DNA from: a virus
Lineage: Duplodnaviria; Caudoviricetes
IMG/VR virus record: IMGVR_UViG_3300011116_000470
Location: 1 to 56,760 of that record
Reading direction: 5' to 3' (one strand)
DNA length: 56,760 nucleotides
Shown here: one piece after another, positions 44,283 through 54,506 of the stretch
Layout of the letters: each line of letters begins with the position of its first letter
Position numbering within the stretch: the stretch's first letter is position 1
Translations under genes and position numbers: made by a program
Notes under the pieces: generated by a model
Databases searched by the model: none
What the model was told of the DNA's origin: nothing
Seen by the model: the letters and a program-made list of their open reading frames with translations, nothing else

Positions 44283-47200
44283 ATGTCGATCAACGTAACC
44301 ATCACCCAACTCCCGCACGCCGAGGCCATTGTTGGCACCGAAGCGGTGCCTATCGTTCAAAACGGCGTGACGGTGCAGACAACGGCTGCCGCGCTGGCCG
44401 GATCACCCATCCAGACGCAGAGCTTCCTGACGGCCAACAACGAGCCCACGCTGCCCAACAGCCGCGCCCTCGCCGTAGGCTCTGGGCTCAGTTTGGCCGA
44501 TGGCGGTTCGCAAAGCACGCTGCAAGTGAATTTGACCGGCGCGCTGGCCAACGTCAATGGCCTTGGCACCGGTATCGTGGCCAAGACCAGCCCCACGGCG
44601 CTGGCAGTGCGCGCCCTTGCGACTACCGGGCCGGGCTTGTCAGTTGCCGATGGCGATGGCATTGCGGGCAACCCAACCTTCCAACTGACCGGTGTGGCCG
44701 CAGCGATTGCCAGTTCGACCGGCACCGGCATGTTGGCCATCATTGGTGGCGCGGCCATAGCCAACCGCACGATCACAGGCACCGCAGGCCAGATCACAGT
44801 CACCGATGGGGACGGCACCAACAACCCGACTATCGGGCTCACAAACACAGCGGTCGCGGCGGGCTCGTACACCAACACCAATTTGACTGTGGACGCCCAA
44901 GGGCGCATCACAGCGGCTTCAAGCGGCACGCCGGGCGGGGTAAATAGCTTTAGCGCAGGAACGACGGGTTTTAACCCTTCTACGGCCTCTACAGGGGCTA
45001 TCACTCTCAGTGGGATACTCAATGTCGCCAACGGCGGAACTGGCACAGCTACACCGTCTTTAGTGGCCGGGTCTAACATAAGCATTTCTGGCACTTGGCC
45101 CAATCAAACTATCGGCAGCATTAGTGGTAGTGGCACGGTAACTTCGGTTGCAGCTACCGTGCCAGCGTTTTTGGCGGTAACGGGTAGCCCCATAACCACA
45201 TCGGGCACGTTGGCCATCGACTATTCGGGCACAGCACTTCCTGTACTCAACGGCGGAACGGGAACAACAACCCCGGCTTTGGTGGCGGGGTCTAACATCT
45301 CCATCACAGGTACTTGGCCAAACCAAACGATCAATTCGAGCAACCCCGGCGGCACAGTAACGAGCGTAGCGGTGGTCTCTGGTAACGGTTTTGCTGGCAC
45401 GGTAACCAACAGCACCACTACCCCCGCGATAACACTTTCCACATCGGTTTCCGGGCTCTTAAAAGGCGATGGGACGGCTATCTCGGCAGCAGTGTCCGGT
45501 ACTGATTACGCCCCGGCAACTAGCGGCACGTCGATCCTTTACGGCAACGGCACTGGTGGGTTTAGCAACGTGACCATCGGTTCGGGCGTTTCTTTTGCTG
45601 GTGGCACGCTATCGGCCACGGGCGCAGGCGGCACGGTCACATCCGTAGCAGCTACAGTCCCCGCGTTCTTGTCCGTCTCTGGTAGCCCAATCACTACGTC
45701 CGGTACGCTGGCGGTCAGCTACTCCGGCACAGCGTTGCCGATTGCCAACGGCGGCACTGGGCAAACAACCGATGCTGCGGCTATTACGGCCTTAACCGGC
45801 GCGCAGACCTCGGGGTACTACCTGCGCTCTAACGGCACGAATGCGGTTCTCGCGGCTATTGTTGCGGGGGATGTGCCTACCCTAAACCAGAACACCACTG
45901 GCACCGCGGCCAACGTGACGGGCACGGTGGCGGTGCTAAACGGTGGCACTGGCGCTACAACGGCACCGGGCGCTAGAACCAATTTAAGCGCGGCTCAGAG
46001 CGGCGCAAATACCGACATCACATCCATTGCGCTTACGACTGGCACGATTACCACGGCTCCAAGTTCTAGCAACGACATAGTAAACAAATCCTACGCCGAC
46101 TCAATCGCTTCGGGTATTAACTTCCATGCGGCCTGTAACTACGCAACGACAGCGGCCTTGTCTGCGTACACCTACAACAATGGCGCAAGCGGGGTAGGGG
46201 CAACGATAACTGCTGTTGCGGTTGGCGCTCTGACTATTGACGGGTACACCTTTGTATCAGGCGATGTCGGCAAGCGTATTCTCATAAAGAACGAAACCGG
46301 CGCGTATGTCAGCAACGTGTTACCCAGCGCGGCGTTTAACGGCGTTTACACGTTAACCACCGCTGGCACGGCTGGCGTCGCGTATGTCCTAACCCGTGCT
46401 ACTGACTACGACACCAGTGGTAGTGGTACGAATGAAATCGACCAAGGCGATATGCTTTTGGTTATTTCAGGAACTACAAACGCAAATACGTCTTGGGTTC
46501 AGCAGACGCCTTTACCTATTACCGTTGGCACTACGTCGCTGGTGTTTATTGAATTTGCAGCAGCCCAAACGTACACCGCTGGTACAGGGTTAACCCTAAC
46601 AACCAACCAGTTTTCAATCGCCAACATCGGCACGGCGGGGACATACGGCTCGGCAAGCCAAGTGCCGGTATTTGTAACCAACGCCCAAGGCCAAGTTACC
46701 AGCGTCACCAACACGTCGATCGCAATATCAGGCGGCGCAGTAACCGGCAACATCAGCGGTAACGCGGCCAACGTGACCGGCACGGTGGCCATCGCCAACG
46801 GCGGCACGGGCCAGACTACCGCCAGCGCGGCTTTTAACGCTTTATCTCCGATAACGACTGCGGGCGACTTAATTATCGGCAACGGTGTAAACAGCGCCAC
46901 TCGGCTTGGTATCGGCGCAAACGGCTACGTCTTAACCTCTAATGGCACCACGGCAACTTGGGCAGCGGCCACCGGGGGCGTAACCCAGATCATCGCGGGC
47001 ACAAACGTAACCATATCTCCTGTGGGCGGCACTGGCGCGGTGACCGTCAACGCTTCTGGCGGCAGCGCTTACAGCCGAACGTCTTTTACAGCTACAGCAG
47101 GCCAAACCACTTTCACGGTAACCTACGCGGTAGGGTACTTGCAAGTCTATGTAAACGGTGTGCTGCTGGCCACATCGGATTACACTGCCACCAGCGGTAC

Positions 47201-47324
47201 AAACTTTGTGCTGAATGTCGCGTGCGCGGCGGGCGATATCGTAGAGGCATTGGTAATCACCACTGCTATTACAGGCATAACAACAGGCAAGAGCATTGCG
47301 ATGGCAATGATCTTCGGGTATTAA
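44283..47324 (+). CDS. Long tail fibre protein
   Basis: 1013 aa Thr/Gly/Ala/Ser-rich; repeated GTVTSV, NGGTG, VDAQGRITAA; VNKSYAD; LTRATD. Confidence 0.8.
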   Translation: MSINVTITQLPHAEAIVGTEAVPIVQNGVTVQTTAAALAGSPIQTQSFLTANNEPTLPNSRALAVGSGLSLADGGSQSTLQVNLTGALANVNGLGTGIVAKTSPTALAVRALATTGPGLSVADGDGIAGNPTFQLTGVAAAIASSTGTGMLAIIGGAAIANRTITGTAGQITVTDGDGTNNPTIGLTNTAVAAGSYTNTNLTVDAQGRITAASSGTPGGVNSFSAGTTGFNPSTASTGAITLSGILNVANGGTGTATPSLVAGSNISISGTWPNQTIGSISGSGTVTSVAATVPAFLAVTGSPITTSGTLAIDYSGTALPVLNGGTGTTTPALVAGSNISITGTWPNQTINSSNPGGTVTSVAVVSGNGFAGTVTNSTTTPAITLSTSVSGLLKGDGTAISAAVSGTDYAPATSGTSILYGNGTGGFSNVTIGSGVSFAGGTLSATGAGGTVTSVAATVPAFLSVSGSPITTSGTLAVSYSGTALPIANGGTGQTTDAAAITALTGAQTSGYYLRSNGTNAVLAAIVAGDVPTLNQNTTGTAANVTGTVAVLNGGTGATTAPGARTNLSAAQSGANTDITSIALTTGTITTAPSSSNDIVNKSYADSIASGINFHAACNYATTAALSAYTYNNGASGVGATITAVAVGALTIDGYTFVSGDVGKRILIKNETGAYVSNVLPSAAFNGVYTLTTAGTAGVAYVLTRATDYDTSGSGTNEIDQGDMLLVISGTTNANTSWVQQTPLPITVGTTSLVFIEFAAAQTYTAGTGLTLTTNQFSIANIGTAGTYGSASQVPVFVTNAQGQVTSVTNTSIAISGGAVTGNISGNAANVTGTVAIANGGTGQTTASAAFNALSPITTAGDLIIGNGVNSATRLGIGANGYVLTSNGTTATWAAATGGVTQIIAGTNVTISPVGGTGAVTVNASGGSAYSRTSFTATAGQTTFTVTYAVGYLQVYVNGVLLATSDYTATSGTNFVLNVACAAGDIVEALVITTAITGITTGKSIAMAMIFGY

Positions 47325-47333
47325 GGAATAGAA

Positions 47334-47705
47334 ATGGCAAACCCAAACATAGTCAACGTAACCACAATTTACGGCAATACCAGCTACTTAATTCCGAGCA
47401 CTACAGCGGCTACGACTTGGACTGCGCTCACGCCTGCTGTTGATACTGTTAATAAAATTGACAACATTGTTGCGGCAAACGTGACTGGTTCGGTGGCGAC
47501 GGTAACCGTGGCGATCAACAGCGCTGCGGCTGGCGCGGGAACAAACTACCGCCTTGTGTACCAAGTGCCCGTGCCGGTAAACGCTTCAGTTGTTGTTGCC
47601 GATAAGAGTACGGCTTTTTATCTCGGCGAAGCGCAGTCTGTTGTGGTGACAGTTGGCACCGCATCAGCAATTGAGTTGACTGCTTCATACGAGGCTATTA
47701 CCTAA
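47334..47705 (+). CDS. Tail-associated protein
   Basis: MANPNIVNVTTIYG...SYEAIT; in fibre cluster. Confidence 0.65.
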   Translation: MANPNIVNVTTIYGNTSYLIPSTTAATTWTALTPAVDTVNKIDNIVAANVTGSVATVTVAINSAAAGAGTNYRLVYQVPVPVNASVVVADKSTAFYLGEAQSVVVTVGTASAIELTASYEAIT

Positions 47706-48709
47706 TGTCCACTAGGTATAAAGGCTCAATAATGTCGTCCACTGCGGCGACAATTACTACGTCATCAGCTAAAGGAATATGGCGGCTTAACGAAGTGATG
47801 CAATCATTGTTTGCATCAATATGGCCTTTGTTTAATACTGCCCCTCCTTCCGTAGATTATTTAGTTGTCGCTGGTAGTGGCGGCGGTGGTTCTAGTGATA
47901 ACGCCCACGGCGGTGGTGGTGGTGGTGGCGCTGGAGGGTATCGTACTGCAACAGGGTTCTCAGTATCCGCAGGAACTGCATACACAGTAACGATTGGCGC
48001 GGGTGGAGCGGGTAGAGCAAATAATACTGGCACTCGTGGTGGCAACGGTACAGATTCCGTTTTCAGTAGCATAACCTCCACGGCTGGCGGTGGTGGCGGG
48101 TCTAGTATTGCTGGAAATAATGGCGCTGCTGGTGGTTCTGGCGGCGGGGCTTTTGGTAGGACAGGATTTACTGGAGGTGCGGGGACTGCGGGGCAGGGAT
48201 TTGCAGGGGCAAACTCCTCCGGTGGCACTTCAAGTTCTGGCAGAGGTGGTACAGGTGGCGGAGGCGCTAGCGCAGCAAGCGTTACAAACGCAAACACTGC
48301 TGGAACAGCCGGTGGCGCAGGAGCATCCTCGTCAATAACAGGAACTAGCATTACTTACGCTGGCGGTGGTGGTGGTGGCAGCGGCACTACTGCGGGTACT
48401 TTTGGGGCAGGAGGCGTTGGCGGCGGCGGTGCCGGTGGTCGCAATGGTGTTAACGCAATTGCGGGAACCGCGAACACTGGCGGCGGTGGCGGCGGCGGTG
48501 GAGTAGCTTCTGCGGGCGCTAACGGCGGGTCAGGTGTTGTTGTTCTTGCATACCTAAACAATTACAGGGATATTGTTTCATTCACGGCGGGGCTGGTTGT
48601 CAACGGTGTAACTACCACAGGGTCAAATGTTCCCCCATCAGATGTAGCATCACGTTCTGGGTACAAAGTTTATCGTTTTACTTCTGGCACAGGAACGGTA
48701 ACTTTTTAA
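47705..48709 (+). CDS. Glycine-rich receptor-binding/fibre protein, paralogue 1
   Basis: [42 protein letters not shown]. Confidence 0.75.
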   Translation: MSTRYKGSIMSSTAATITTSSAKGIWRLNEVMQSLFASIWPLFNTAPPSVDYLVVAGSGGGGSSDNAHGGGGGGGAGGYRTATGFSVSAGTAYTVTIGAGGAGRANNTGTRGGNGTDSVFSSITSTAGGGGGSSIAGNNGAAGGSGGGAFGRTGFTGGAGTAGQGFAGANSSGGTSSSGRGGTGGGGASAASVTNANTAGTAGGAGASSSITGTSITYAGGGGGGSGTTAGTFGAGGVGGGGAGGRNGVNAIAGTANTGGGGGGGGVASAGANGGSGVVVLAYLNNYRDIVSFTAGLVVNGVTTTGSNVPPSDVASRSGYKVYRFTSGTGTVTF

Positions 48710-48711
48710 CT

Positions 48712-49875
48712 ATGTCAACTAGATATAAAGGCTCTATTTTATCTGCTTCAGCGGCAAGCACGAGCTTAAGTGCTGCCGCAGGTGTTTGGCGTTCTAACGA
48801 AACAATGCAAGCGTTGCAAGCAACTGCATGGCCTTTACTTACTTTCCCGATTGAATTTTTATTAGTCGCTGGCGGTGGCCCCGGAGGGTGGAACTATTCT
48901 GGTGGTGGAGGGGCTGGAGGTGTAATCACTTCTAGCGCGTTAAACATTAGCCCCGGTATAGGCTATACGGTAACTATTGGGGCGGGCGGAACTGCGCCGG
49001 GTAGCGGCGGCGTGCCCGGCACTGGCAACAACTCAGTGTTTACGGCGTCAAGTTCAAGCCCCGCGCTAGGTGGCGGCGGCGGCGATGTGGATAGCACTGG
49101 AACCAAGTACGGCGGCAATGGTGGCTCTGGCGGGGGCGCTGGATATTTAGCGGGGTCTGTTGCGGGGCTTGGAACAGTGGGTCAAGGTAGGAATGGCGGT
49201 GCTGGTGATTCAAACAGCAATTTTGGTGGCGGTGGTGGAGGATTTGGGGGCGTTGGTGTAGGTGGTACAAACTCTACTGGCGTTGGCGGTATTGGGCTAT
49301 TAAGCACGATCACCACGGCGTTTGCTGGAACTGCTAGTACGGCGTCTAACACCACTTTAACAATCACCGCAGTCTCTGCGGGGGTCATAGGCGTTGGCAC
49401 GCAAATAACCGGCTCAAACATCCCGGCAGGAACGGTTATTACCGCACGCGGAACAGGTACTGGCGGGACTGGCACTTACACCATGAATAAAGCCGCTACC
49501 ACCACCACCACGGGTGTGGCGATAACTAGCACTGGGGTTTACTATGCTGGCGGCGGTGGAGGCTGGACGCGAAACACAGGCACCACTCTCGGCGGCTTAG
49601 GTGGCGGCGGCAATGGCGTTACAGGCTCTGGCGGCGGCGCTGGGGGAGTTAACCAAGGCGGAGGCGGCGGGGGTGTTGGTTCTGCCGCATCAGGCGGAAC
49701 TGGCGGATCAGGCATATTGATTATCGCTTATCCCAATTCGTATGCTAATCTCGCTTCGGTATCCGCAGGCCTGACTTGCAACGGCAGCGCTGGGAATACC
49801 ACGCCCGACACGACCTACCGCACGGGCTACAAAGTGTATAGATTTACTGCCGGAACAGGCACAATTTCTTGGTGA
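48712..49875 (+). CDS. Glycine-rich receptor-binding/fibre protein, paralogue 2
   Basis: Same N-terminus MSTRYKGSI and C-terminus [13 protein letters not shown]; extra inserted domain. Confidence 0.75.
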   Translation: MSTRYKGSILSASAASTSLSAAAGVWRSNETMQALQATAWPLLTFPIEFLLVAGGGPGGWNYSGGGGAGGVITSSALNISPGIGYTVTIGAGGTAPGSGGVPGTGNNSVFTASSSSPALGGGGGDVDSTGTKYGGNGGSGGGAGYLAGSVAGLGTVGQGRNGGAGDSNSNFGGGGGGFGGVGVGGTNSTGVGGIGLLSTITTAFAGTASTASNTTLTITAVSAGVIGVGTQITGSNIPAGTVITARGTGTGGTGTYTMNKAATTTTTGVAITSTGVYYAGGGGGWTRNTGTTLGGLGGGGNGVTGSGGGAGGVNQGGGGGGVGSAASGGTGGSGILIIAYPNSYANLASVSAGLTCNGSAGNTTPDTTYRTGYKVYRFTAGTGTISW

Positions 49876-49880
49876 CAACT

Positions 49881-50258
49881 ATGGCGCATTACGCAGAACT
49901 TGACGAGCACAATATAGTCCTACGGGTGATTGTTGGAGTAGATGAACCTTTGGATGGTGAAGCCATTTACGCAGAGACTACAGGCAAGGTTTGGAAGAAG
50001 ACCAGCTACAACACCTACGCCAACCAGCACAAACTGGGGGGTACGCCTTTTCGTAAAAATTATGCGGGGATTGGGTACGTTTATGACCCGGAAATGGACG
50101 CTTTCTATCCACCCGCGTCATTCCCAAGCTGGACTTTGGATAAAGAAGCTGGGGTGTGGGTTCCACCTGTGCCAAAACCAACCGATGATAAATTGTACGT
50201 TTGGGTAGAAGAGGCCAGACAATGGATCGAATACACTCCATATAACATGATTACTTAA
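49881..50258 (+). CDS. Conserved partner of glycine-rich fibre proteins (possible chaperone)
   Basis: MAHYAELD...WKKTSYN...FRKNYAGIGY..D...F..P..FPSW. Confidence 0.7.
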   Translation: MAHYAELDEHNIVLRVIVGVDEPLDGEAIYAETTGKVWKKTSYNTYANQHKLGGTPFRKNYAGIGYVYDPEMDAFYPPASFPSWTLDKEAGVWVPPVPKPTDDKLYVWVEEARQWIEYTPYNMIT

Positions 50259-50267
50259 AGGTAAACC

Positions 50268-50504
50268 ATGAGCCTGCCCCGTAATCTATCAATCCTTGCC
50301 GAAAATACCGATACGGCGGGGGTAGTCACGTATGCCACTAACGCCACCAACACGGGGATTACGGCTGCGACAACGGGCGCGACCAACTACTTGACCTTCG
50401 TCACAGCCACTACCGGGAACCTCCCACAGTTGGTAAACTCGTCGATAACCGCAAACGCAGTCAATGGCACCATTACCGGTGGCATTGCTGGCGGCGCTTT
50501 TTAA
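50268..50504 (+). CDS. Short fibre-like adaptor protein ending GGAF
   Basis: 78 aa Thr/Ala-rich. Confidence 0.6.
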   Translation: MSLPRNLSILAENTDTAGVVTYATNATNTGITAATTGATNYLTFVTATTGNLPQLVNSSITANAVNGTITGGIAGGAF

Positions 50505-50514
50505 GGAAAACATC

Positions 50515-52986
50515 ATGGCAGCCAGTGGATTCACACCAATTTTGATCTATGCAAGCGGCACGGCAAGCAACGTGCCCTTGGCAGCAAACCTGACCAGCAG
50601 CGCATCGGGCGCTGAGTTGGCGCTGAACTACGCCGATGGCAAGCTGTACTTCAAGAACAGTTCGGGGGTAGTGACACTGCTGGCTGGTGCTGGAGGCGCT
50701 GGCGTCGTAGCGGGCTCTAACACCCAGATTCAGTTCAACAACAGCGGCGTGTTTGGTGCGTCCGCCAACTTGACTTGGAGCGGCACTGTACTGTCCACGA
50801 CTGGGTTGACTGCCACTGGCGCAATCACACTCAATACCACGACGAACAATCAGTCCTACACCACTACTGGTGCTGGCACGATTACGATCTCGTCAGGTAC
50901 TGCTGGCTCCATCAACAACATGACCATCGGCGGCACCACTGCTGCCGCAGGCACGTTCACGAATTTGACCTATACCGGAACACTAACTGGTTCCACAGGC
51001 GTGATTGCGATTGGCACAAATCAAATTTACAAAGACTCCAGCGGCAACGTGGGAATTGGGACGAGTTCGCCGGGGGTTAAATTAGATGTAGCTGGTGCAA
51101 TTCGGTCAACAAATAGCAACGTCTATGCTGGTGATGGTAGTGCTTTTGCATGGGGTGCTGCCAGTACATATGTTGGTGGAAGTTCTTCTACCAACATAAT
51201 GACGTTTGTAACTTCTTCTTCCGAGCGTATGCGTATCGACTCCAGCGGCAATGTGGGGATTGGGACGAGTTCGCCGGGATACAAGCTGGATGTTCAGGGC
51301 GCAACTGCATCCACACAACTGAAATCCACCACGGGAACAAACTACGTTGCACATTTCTTAAACAACACTGGTGGCTTTACTTATCTTGGCGTTGAAAGTA
51401 GCGCTGGCGGGTCTTTGTTTACGGGTACAGCGGCTTATGAGGCAGTATTTGGTACTGTCAGCGCATACCCTGTTGGCTTTGCAACTGGCGGCGCGGAGCG
51501 TATGCGTATCGACTCCAGCGGCAACGTGGGGATTGGGACTGCCTCTGGCTCGGCTCGGCTAAACGTCAATGGCGGTACAAGCACATCCCAGATTCGTTGG
51601 GAGGTAAACAACGCTGCTTTCACGCAAGAGGTATCCACAAACGCCGCAGCAAACGCATACGTGTACAAGACGAATGATGCTTTATACCATGTGTGGAAGT
51701 TAAGTAGCGCAGAGGCAATGCGTATCGACTCCAGCGGCAACGTAGGAATTGGGACGAGTTCGCCAAACCTTTCCAGCAGTAGCACTGCACTGACGGTCAA
51801 CACAGGAACAGCGGCAAACTACTCTGCTTTTGAACTTGCAAGCGGTGGCACACTCAACTACCACATCAACGCAAACAACTCTGCTGTTTACCATGTCGCT
51901 GCTGGCACTCGCCCTTGGGTTGTTTACACCAACGGCTCCGAGCGTATGCGTATCGACTCCAGCGGCAACGTGGGGATTGGGACGAGTTCGCCAGCAACTA
52001 CGCCAAAAATGACCGTGCAAGGTGGTGGAGCAAATGGTTATGGTGGAATAAGAATACTAAGCGACACAGGTTTTTCTAATGGCTCAAATTACCAAGCGTA
52101 TGGTCGAAGAGGTGACGGTAACCCATCTGGTGCTTTTGCTGGTGGGACGTTATTGGCAAGGGTTAATACAGCCCCTGCCGCACTTATTTCAGGTATAAAT
52201 TTAGGTCGAGTAGGTTTTGGCGGCAGCTACGACGGCACTGATGCAAACATAGTTTACGGCGCACAAATAACTGGACAAGCAAGTGGTACTTATTCATCCA
52301 CATCAGCAGCAACAGACCTTGTTTTTTACACCACTCCAAGCGGCACGGCAGGAGGAACTACGACAGGCACAGCCGACTTTGGCACAGAACGCATGCGTAT
52401 CGACTCCAGCGGCAACGTGGGTATCGGGACGAGTTCGCCGGGATACAAGCTGGATGTAAACGGTGGGATACGGATGCCTAACGCCACCGTATTTTGGTTT
52501 AATAATGCTTCAGGAACGGCACAAGAAACTTTGCAGTTGTATTCAGATAACAATACTTATTTAAGTACCCCCGGAGCTTTAATTTTACGCACAAACGGCA
52601 CAACAGAGCGTATGCGTATTGACGCAAGCGGAAACGTGCTTGTCACTAACCCTGCTGGTCTTGGCTACGGCACAGGCTCTGGTGGCACTGTTACACAGGC
52701 AACAAGCAGAACTACTGCGGTAACAATCAATAAGCCTACTGGCAAAATTACGATGTTTACTGCAACAGGCAGTCCAACATGGTCAAATTTTACTGTTAAC
52801 AATAGCCTTTTTACAACTACTGATACAGTTATATTAACCGTAGAAGGCGGTAATGCAAACACTTATATGTTAACTATTGTTGGTACTGCGGCAGGTTCAT
52901 TTATTATTGGATTTGCTACTACAGGAGGCGTAGCTTCAGATACACCACGAATTAACTTTGCAATCATTAAAGGAGCGACAGCATGA
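50515..52986 (+). CDS. Tail fibre with Mtd-N-like N-terminus and RMRIDSSGNVGIGT repeats
   Basis: AELALNYADGKLYFK; GSNTQIQFN; seven repeat copies; AAGGA RBS before ATG 50515. Confidence 0.8.
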   Translation: MAASGFTPILIYASGTASNVPLAANLTSSASGAELALNYADGKLYFKNSSGVVTLLAGAGGAGVVAGSNTQIQFNNSGVFGASANLTWSGTVLSTTGLTATGAITLNTTTNNQSYTTTGAGTITISSGTAGSINNMTIGGTTAAAGTFTNLTYTGTLTGSTGVIAIGTNQIYKDSSGNVGIGTSSPGVKLDVAGAIRSTNSNVYAGDGSAFAWGAASTYVGGSSSTNIMTFVTSSSERMRIDSSGNVGIGTSSPGYKLDVQGATASTQLKSTTGTNYVAHFLNNTGGFTYLGVESSAGGSLFTGTAAYEAVFGTVSAYPVGFATGGAERMRIDSSGNVGIGTASGSARLNVNGGTSTSQIRWEVNNAAFTQEVSTNAAANAYVYKTNDALYHVWKLSSAEAMRIDSSGNVGIGTSSPNLSSSSTALTVNTGTAANYSAFELASGGTLNYHINANNSAVYHVAAGTRPWVVYTNGSERMRIDSSGNVGIGTSSPATTPKMTVQGGGANGYGGIRILSDTGFSNGSNYQAYGRRGDGNPSGAFAGGTLLARVNTAPAALISGINLGRVGFGGSYDGTDANIVYGAQITGQASGTYSSTSAATDLVFYTTPSGTAGGTTTGTADFGTERMRIDSSGNVGIGTSSPGYKLDVNGGIRMPNATVFWFNNASGTAQETLQLYSDNNTYLSTPGALILRTNGTTERMRIDASGNVLVTNPAGLGYGTGSGGTVTQATSRTTAVTINKPTGKITMFTATGSPTWSNFTVNNSLFTTTDTVILTVEGGNANTYMLTIVGTAAGSFIIGFATTGGVASDTPRINFAIIKGATA
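51034..52638 (+). repeat. Seven dispersed direct repeats of about 35-70 nt (atgcgtatcgactccagcggcaacgtggggattgggacgagttcgcc)
   Basis: Copies near 51034, 51223, 51496, 51718, 51937, 52393, 52606. Confidence 0.9.
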
Positions 52987-53168
52987 TTTATTTAGCAGCG
53001 GTATGTCACGACATTAAATCCAACACCTTAGAAGCCACATGGCTAGAGGAAACGGAAACGGAACTCAAGCGAGTAAAGTGCCGCAACTACAGCGCAGAAC
53101 AGAAGGACGAGTTCCTTGCTGACTGTGGTGCGGATGGTGAGAAATATACAACTTTAGCAGGATGGTAA
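52983..53168 (+). CDS. Hypothetical protein (possible fibre chaperone)
   Basis: AAGGAG RBS, ATGA coupling. Confidence 0.65.
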   Translation: MIYLAAVCHDIKSNTLEATWLEETETELKRVKCRNYSAEQKDEFLADCGADGEKYTTLAGW

Positions 53169-53170
53169 TT

Positions 53171-53461
53171 ATGACTACAACTTGGAAAATCGCACAATGC
53201 GACCGCCTCACCGCAGACGGTTTTATCACTACGGCACATTGGACAGCAACCGCTGTTGACGGTGACTACTCCGCTGGTGCTTACGGAACTTGCGGCTTTG
53301 CTGCTGGCACTCCGTCTATCCCCTATGCTGATGTAACCGAGCAAGAAGTTCTTGACTGGTGCTGGGCTGGTGGCGTGGACAAGGACGCAGTGGAAGCAAG
53401 CCTTGCTGCACAGATCGACCTACAAAAGAATCCGGTAGTCGCCGCTGGCGTACCTTGGTAA
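53171..53461 (+). CDS. Conserved tail-fibre-associated protein
   Basis: TTWKI...TAHW...IPYADVTEQEVLDW...GVPW. Confidence 0.7.
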   Translation: MTTTWKIAQCDRLTADGFITTAHWTATAVDGDYSAGAYGTCGFAAGTPSIPYADVTEQEVLDWCWAGGVDKDAVEASLAAQIDLQKNPVVAAGVPW

Positions 53462-53489
53462 CGGGAAGCCGCCACCCGGCCTTGGCGGC
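53462..53489 (+). promoter_or_regulatory. Compact H-type RNA pseudoknot
   Basis: CGGG-AA-GCCGCCA-CCCG-GCCU-UGGCGGC. Confidence 0.45.
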
Positions 53490-53510
53490 AATTTGAAAAG
53501 GAAATATGAA

Positions 53511-53738
53511 ATGGGCAACAACACAAAACCCCAACTCATCATTGACGGCGTTGAGTATGACATTGATTCTTTGAACGACCAGCAAAAAGCAATCTTGGAT
53601 CACGTAGCTGATCTGGAGCGCAAAGTAGCCTCGGCTAAGTTCAATTTAGATCAGTTGCAAGTCGGACGCGATGCGTTTTTGAATATGCTAAAGCAGGCCT
53701 TGACCGAGCAACCAGCGGAAGCAAAAGTAACAGAGTAA
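53511..53738 (+). CDS. Coiled-coil hypothetical protein
   Basis: IIDGVEYDIDSL.DQQK...LDQLQVGRDAF. Confidence 0.7.
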   Translation: MGNNTKPQLIIDGVEYDIDSLNDQQKAILDHVADLERKVASAKFNLDQLQVGRDAFLNMLKQALTEQPAEAKVTE

Positions 53739-53741
53739 AAA

Positions 53742-53957
53742 ATGGAAGCAACTCACGAACTCGCCACGGAGACCGATAAGCGTTTGTCTGTGCATGAAGC
53801 AATTTGCGCCCAGAGATACGAAGGAATCCAAGCACGTTTTGATGACGGCTCAAAGCGCATGACCAAGATTGAGTACCTCTTGTACGTGCTCATTGCGGCG
53901 GTGCTGTTAGGGCCGGGCGTTGCGGCAGAGTTCGTGAAAAAAATGATTGGGCTTTAA
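53742..53957 (+). CDS. Small membrane protein (XhlA/holin-like)
   Basis: HEAICAQRY coiled coil plus one C-terminal TM helix; start of lysis cluster. Confidence 0.6.
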   Translation: MEATHELATETDKRLSVHEAICAQRYEGIQARFDDGSKRMTKIEYLLYVLIAAVLLGPGVAAEFVKKMIGL

Positions 53958-53967
53958 GCCATGCGGT

Positions 53968-54279
53968 ATGCGCGCTGCTCTCTTCTTTGGTTTGCTGCTG
54001 TCGGTGGCTTTGGCCGGGGACAGGCTGATCTTGTCCACCGAGCCTTCGCCCAAAAAACCAGAGAAGCCAAAGCAGACAAGCTGCGCGGTGCGGGAGTTGT
54101 ACGTTATTGGTTTAACGACACACGACCCGGCAGAGCGGCACAAAGCTATGCTGGATTGGCTGGATAAGTCAGCGTGCAGCGCGAATGATTATGTGACCAT
54201 TTGGAACGCCCTGCCGGAATGGGCGGGTACTTCAGATAGCCCCGCATTGAGGGCTAAGATTATGGAGAAGGCAAGATGA
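53968..54279 (+). CDS. Secreted hypothetical protein
   Basis: Signal peptide MRAALFFGLLLSVALA; two Cys. Confidence 0.55.
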   Translation: MRAALFFGLLLSVALAGDRLILSTEPSPKKPEKPKQTSCAVRELYVIGLTTHDPAERHKAMLDWLDKSACSANDYVTIWNALPEWAGTSDSPALRAKIMEKAR

Positions 54280-54506
54280 ACGAATCATGGTTAGCACGCA
54301 ACATACAGCCGGTAACGGTGGTGTTCTTGCTTTTCTCGTACTTCTTCTTCGCGCTGCTCTCTGTCTTTGAGATGGAAACCCGTGGTGCGTATGTTGACCT
54401 GCTTGGGCAGGCCATGATCATCGTCATCACCGCCATCTTTGCGGGCAAGACCGCCGAGAGGATTGTTGACATCCGAACAAACAAAGGAGCGCCAGATGGC
54501 ACTTGA
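54276..54506 (+). CDS. Two-TM holin-like protein
   Basis: SWLARNIQP, two hydrophobic helices, FAGKTAERI. Confidence 0.6.
   Translation: MNESWLARNIQPVTVVFLLFSYFFFALLSVFEMETRGAYVDLLGQAMIIVITAIFAGKTAERIVDIRTNKGAPDGT

Noticed and set aside
47705-49875. GG-tag matches in glycine-rich fibres (e.g. YAGGG) and LADGG in the 44283 fibre
   Set aside because: Expected from glycine composition; excluded from the tag count
51034-52638. Diversity-generating retroelement or CRISPR repeats
   Set aside because: No reverse transcriptase, no adenine-specific TR/VR pair; repeats are in-frame coding units
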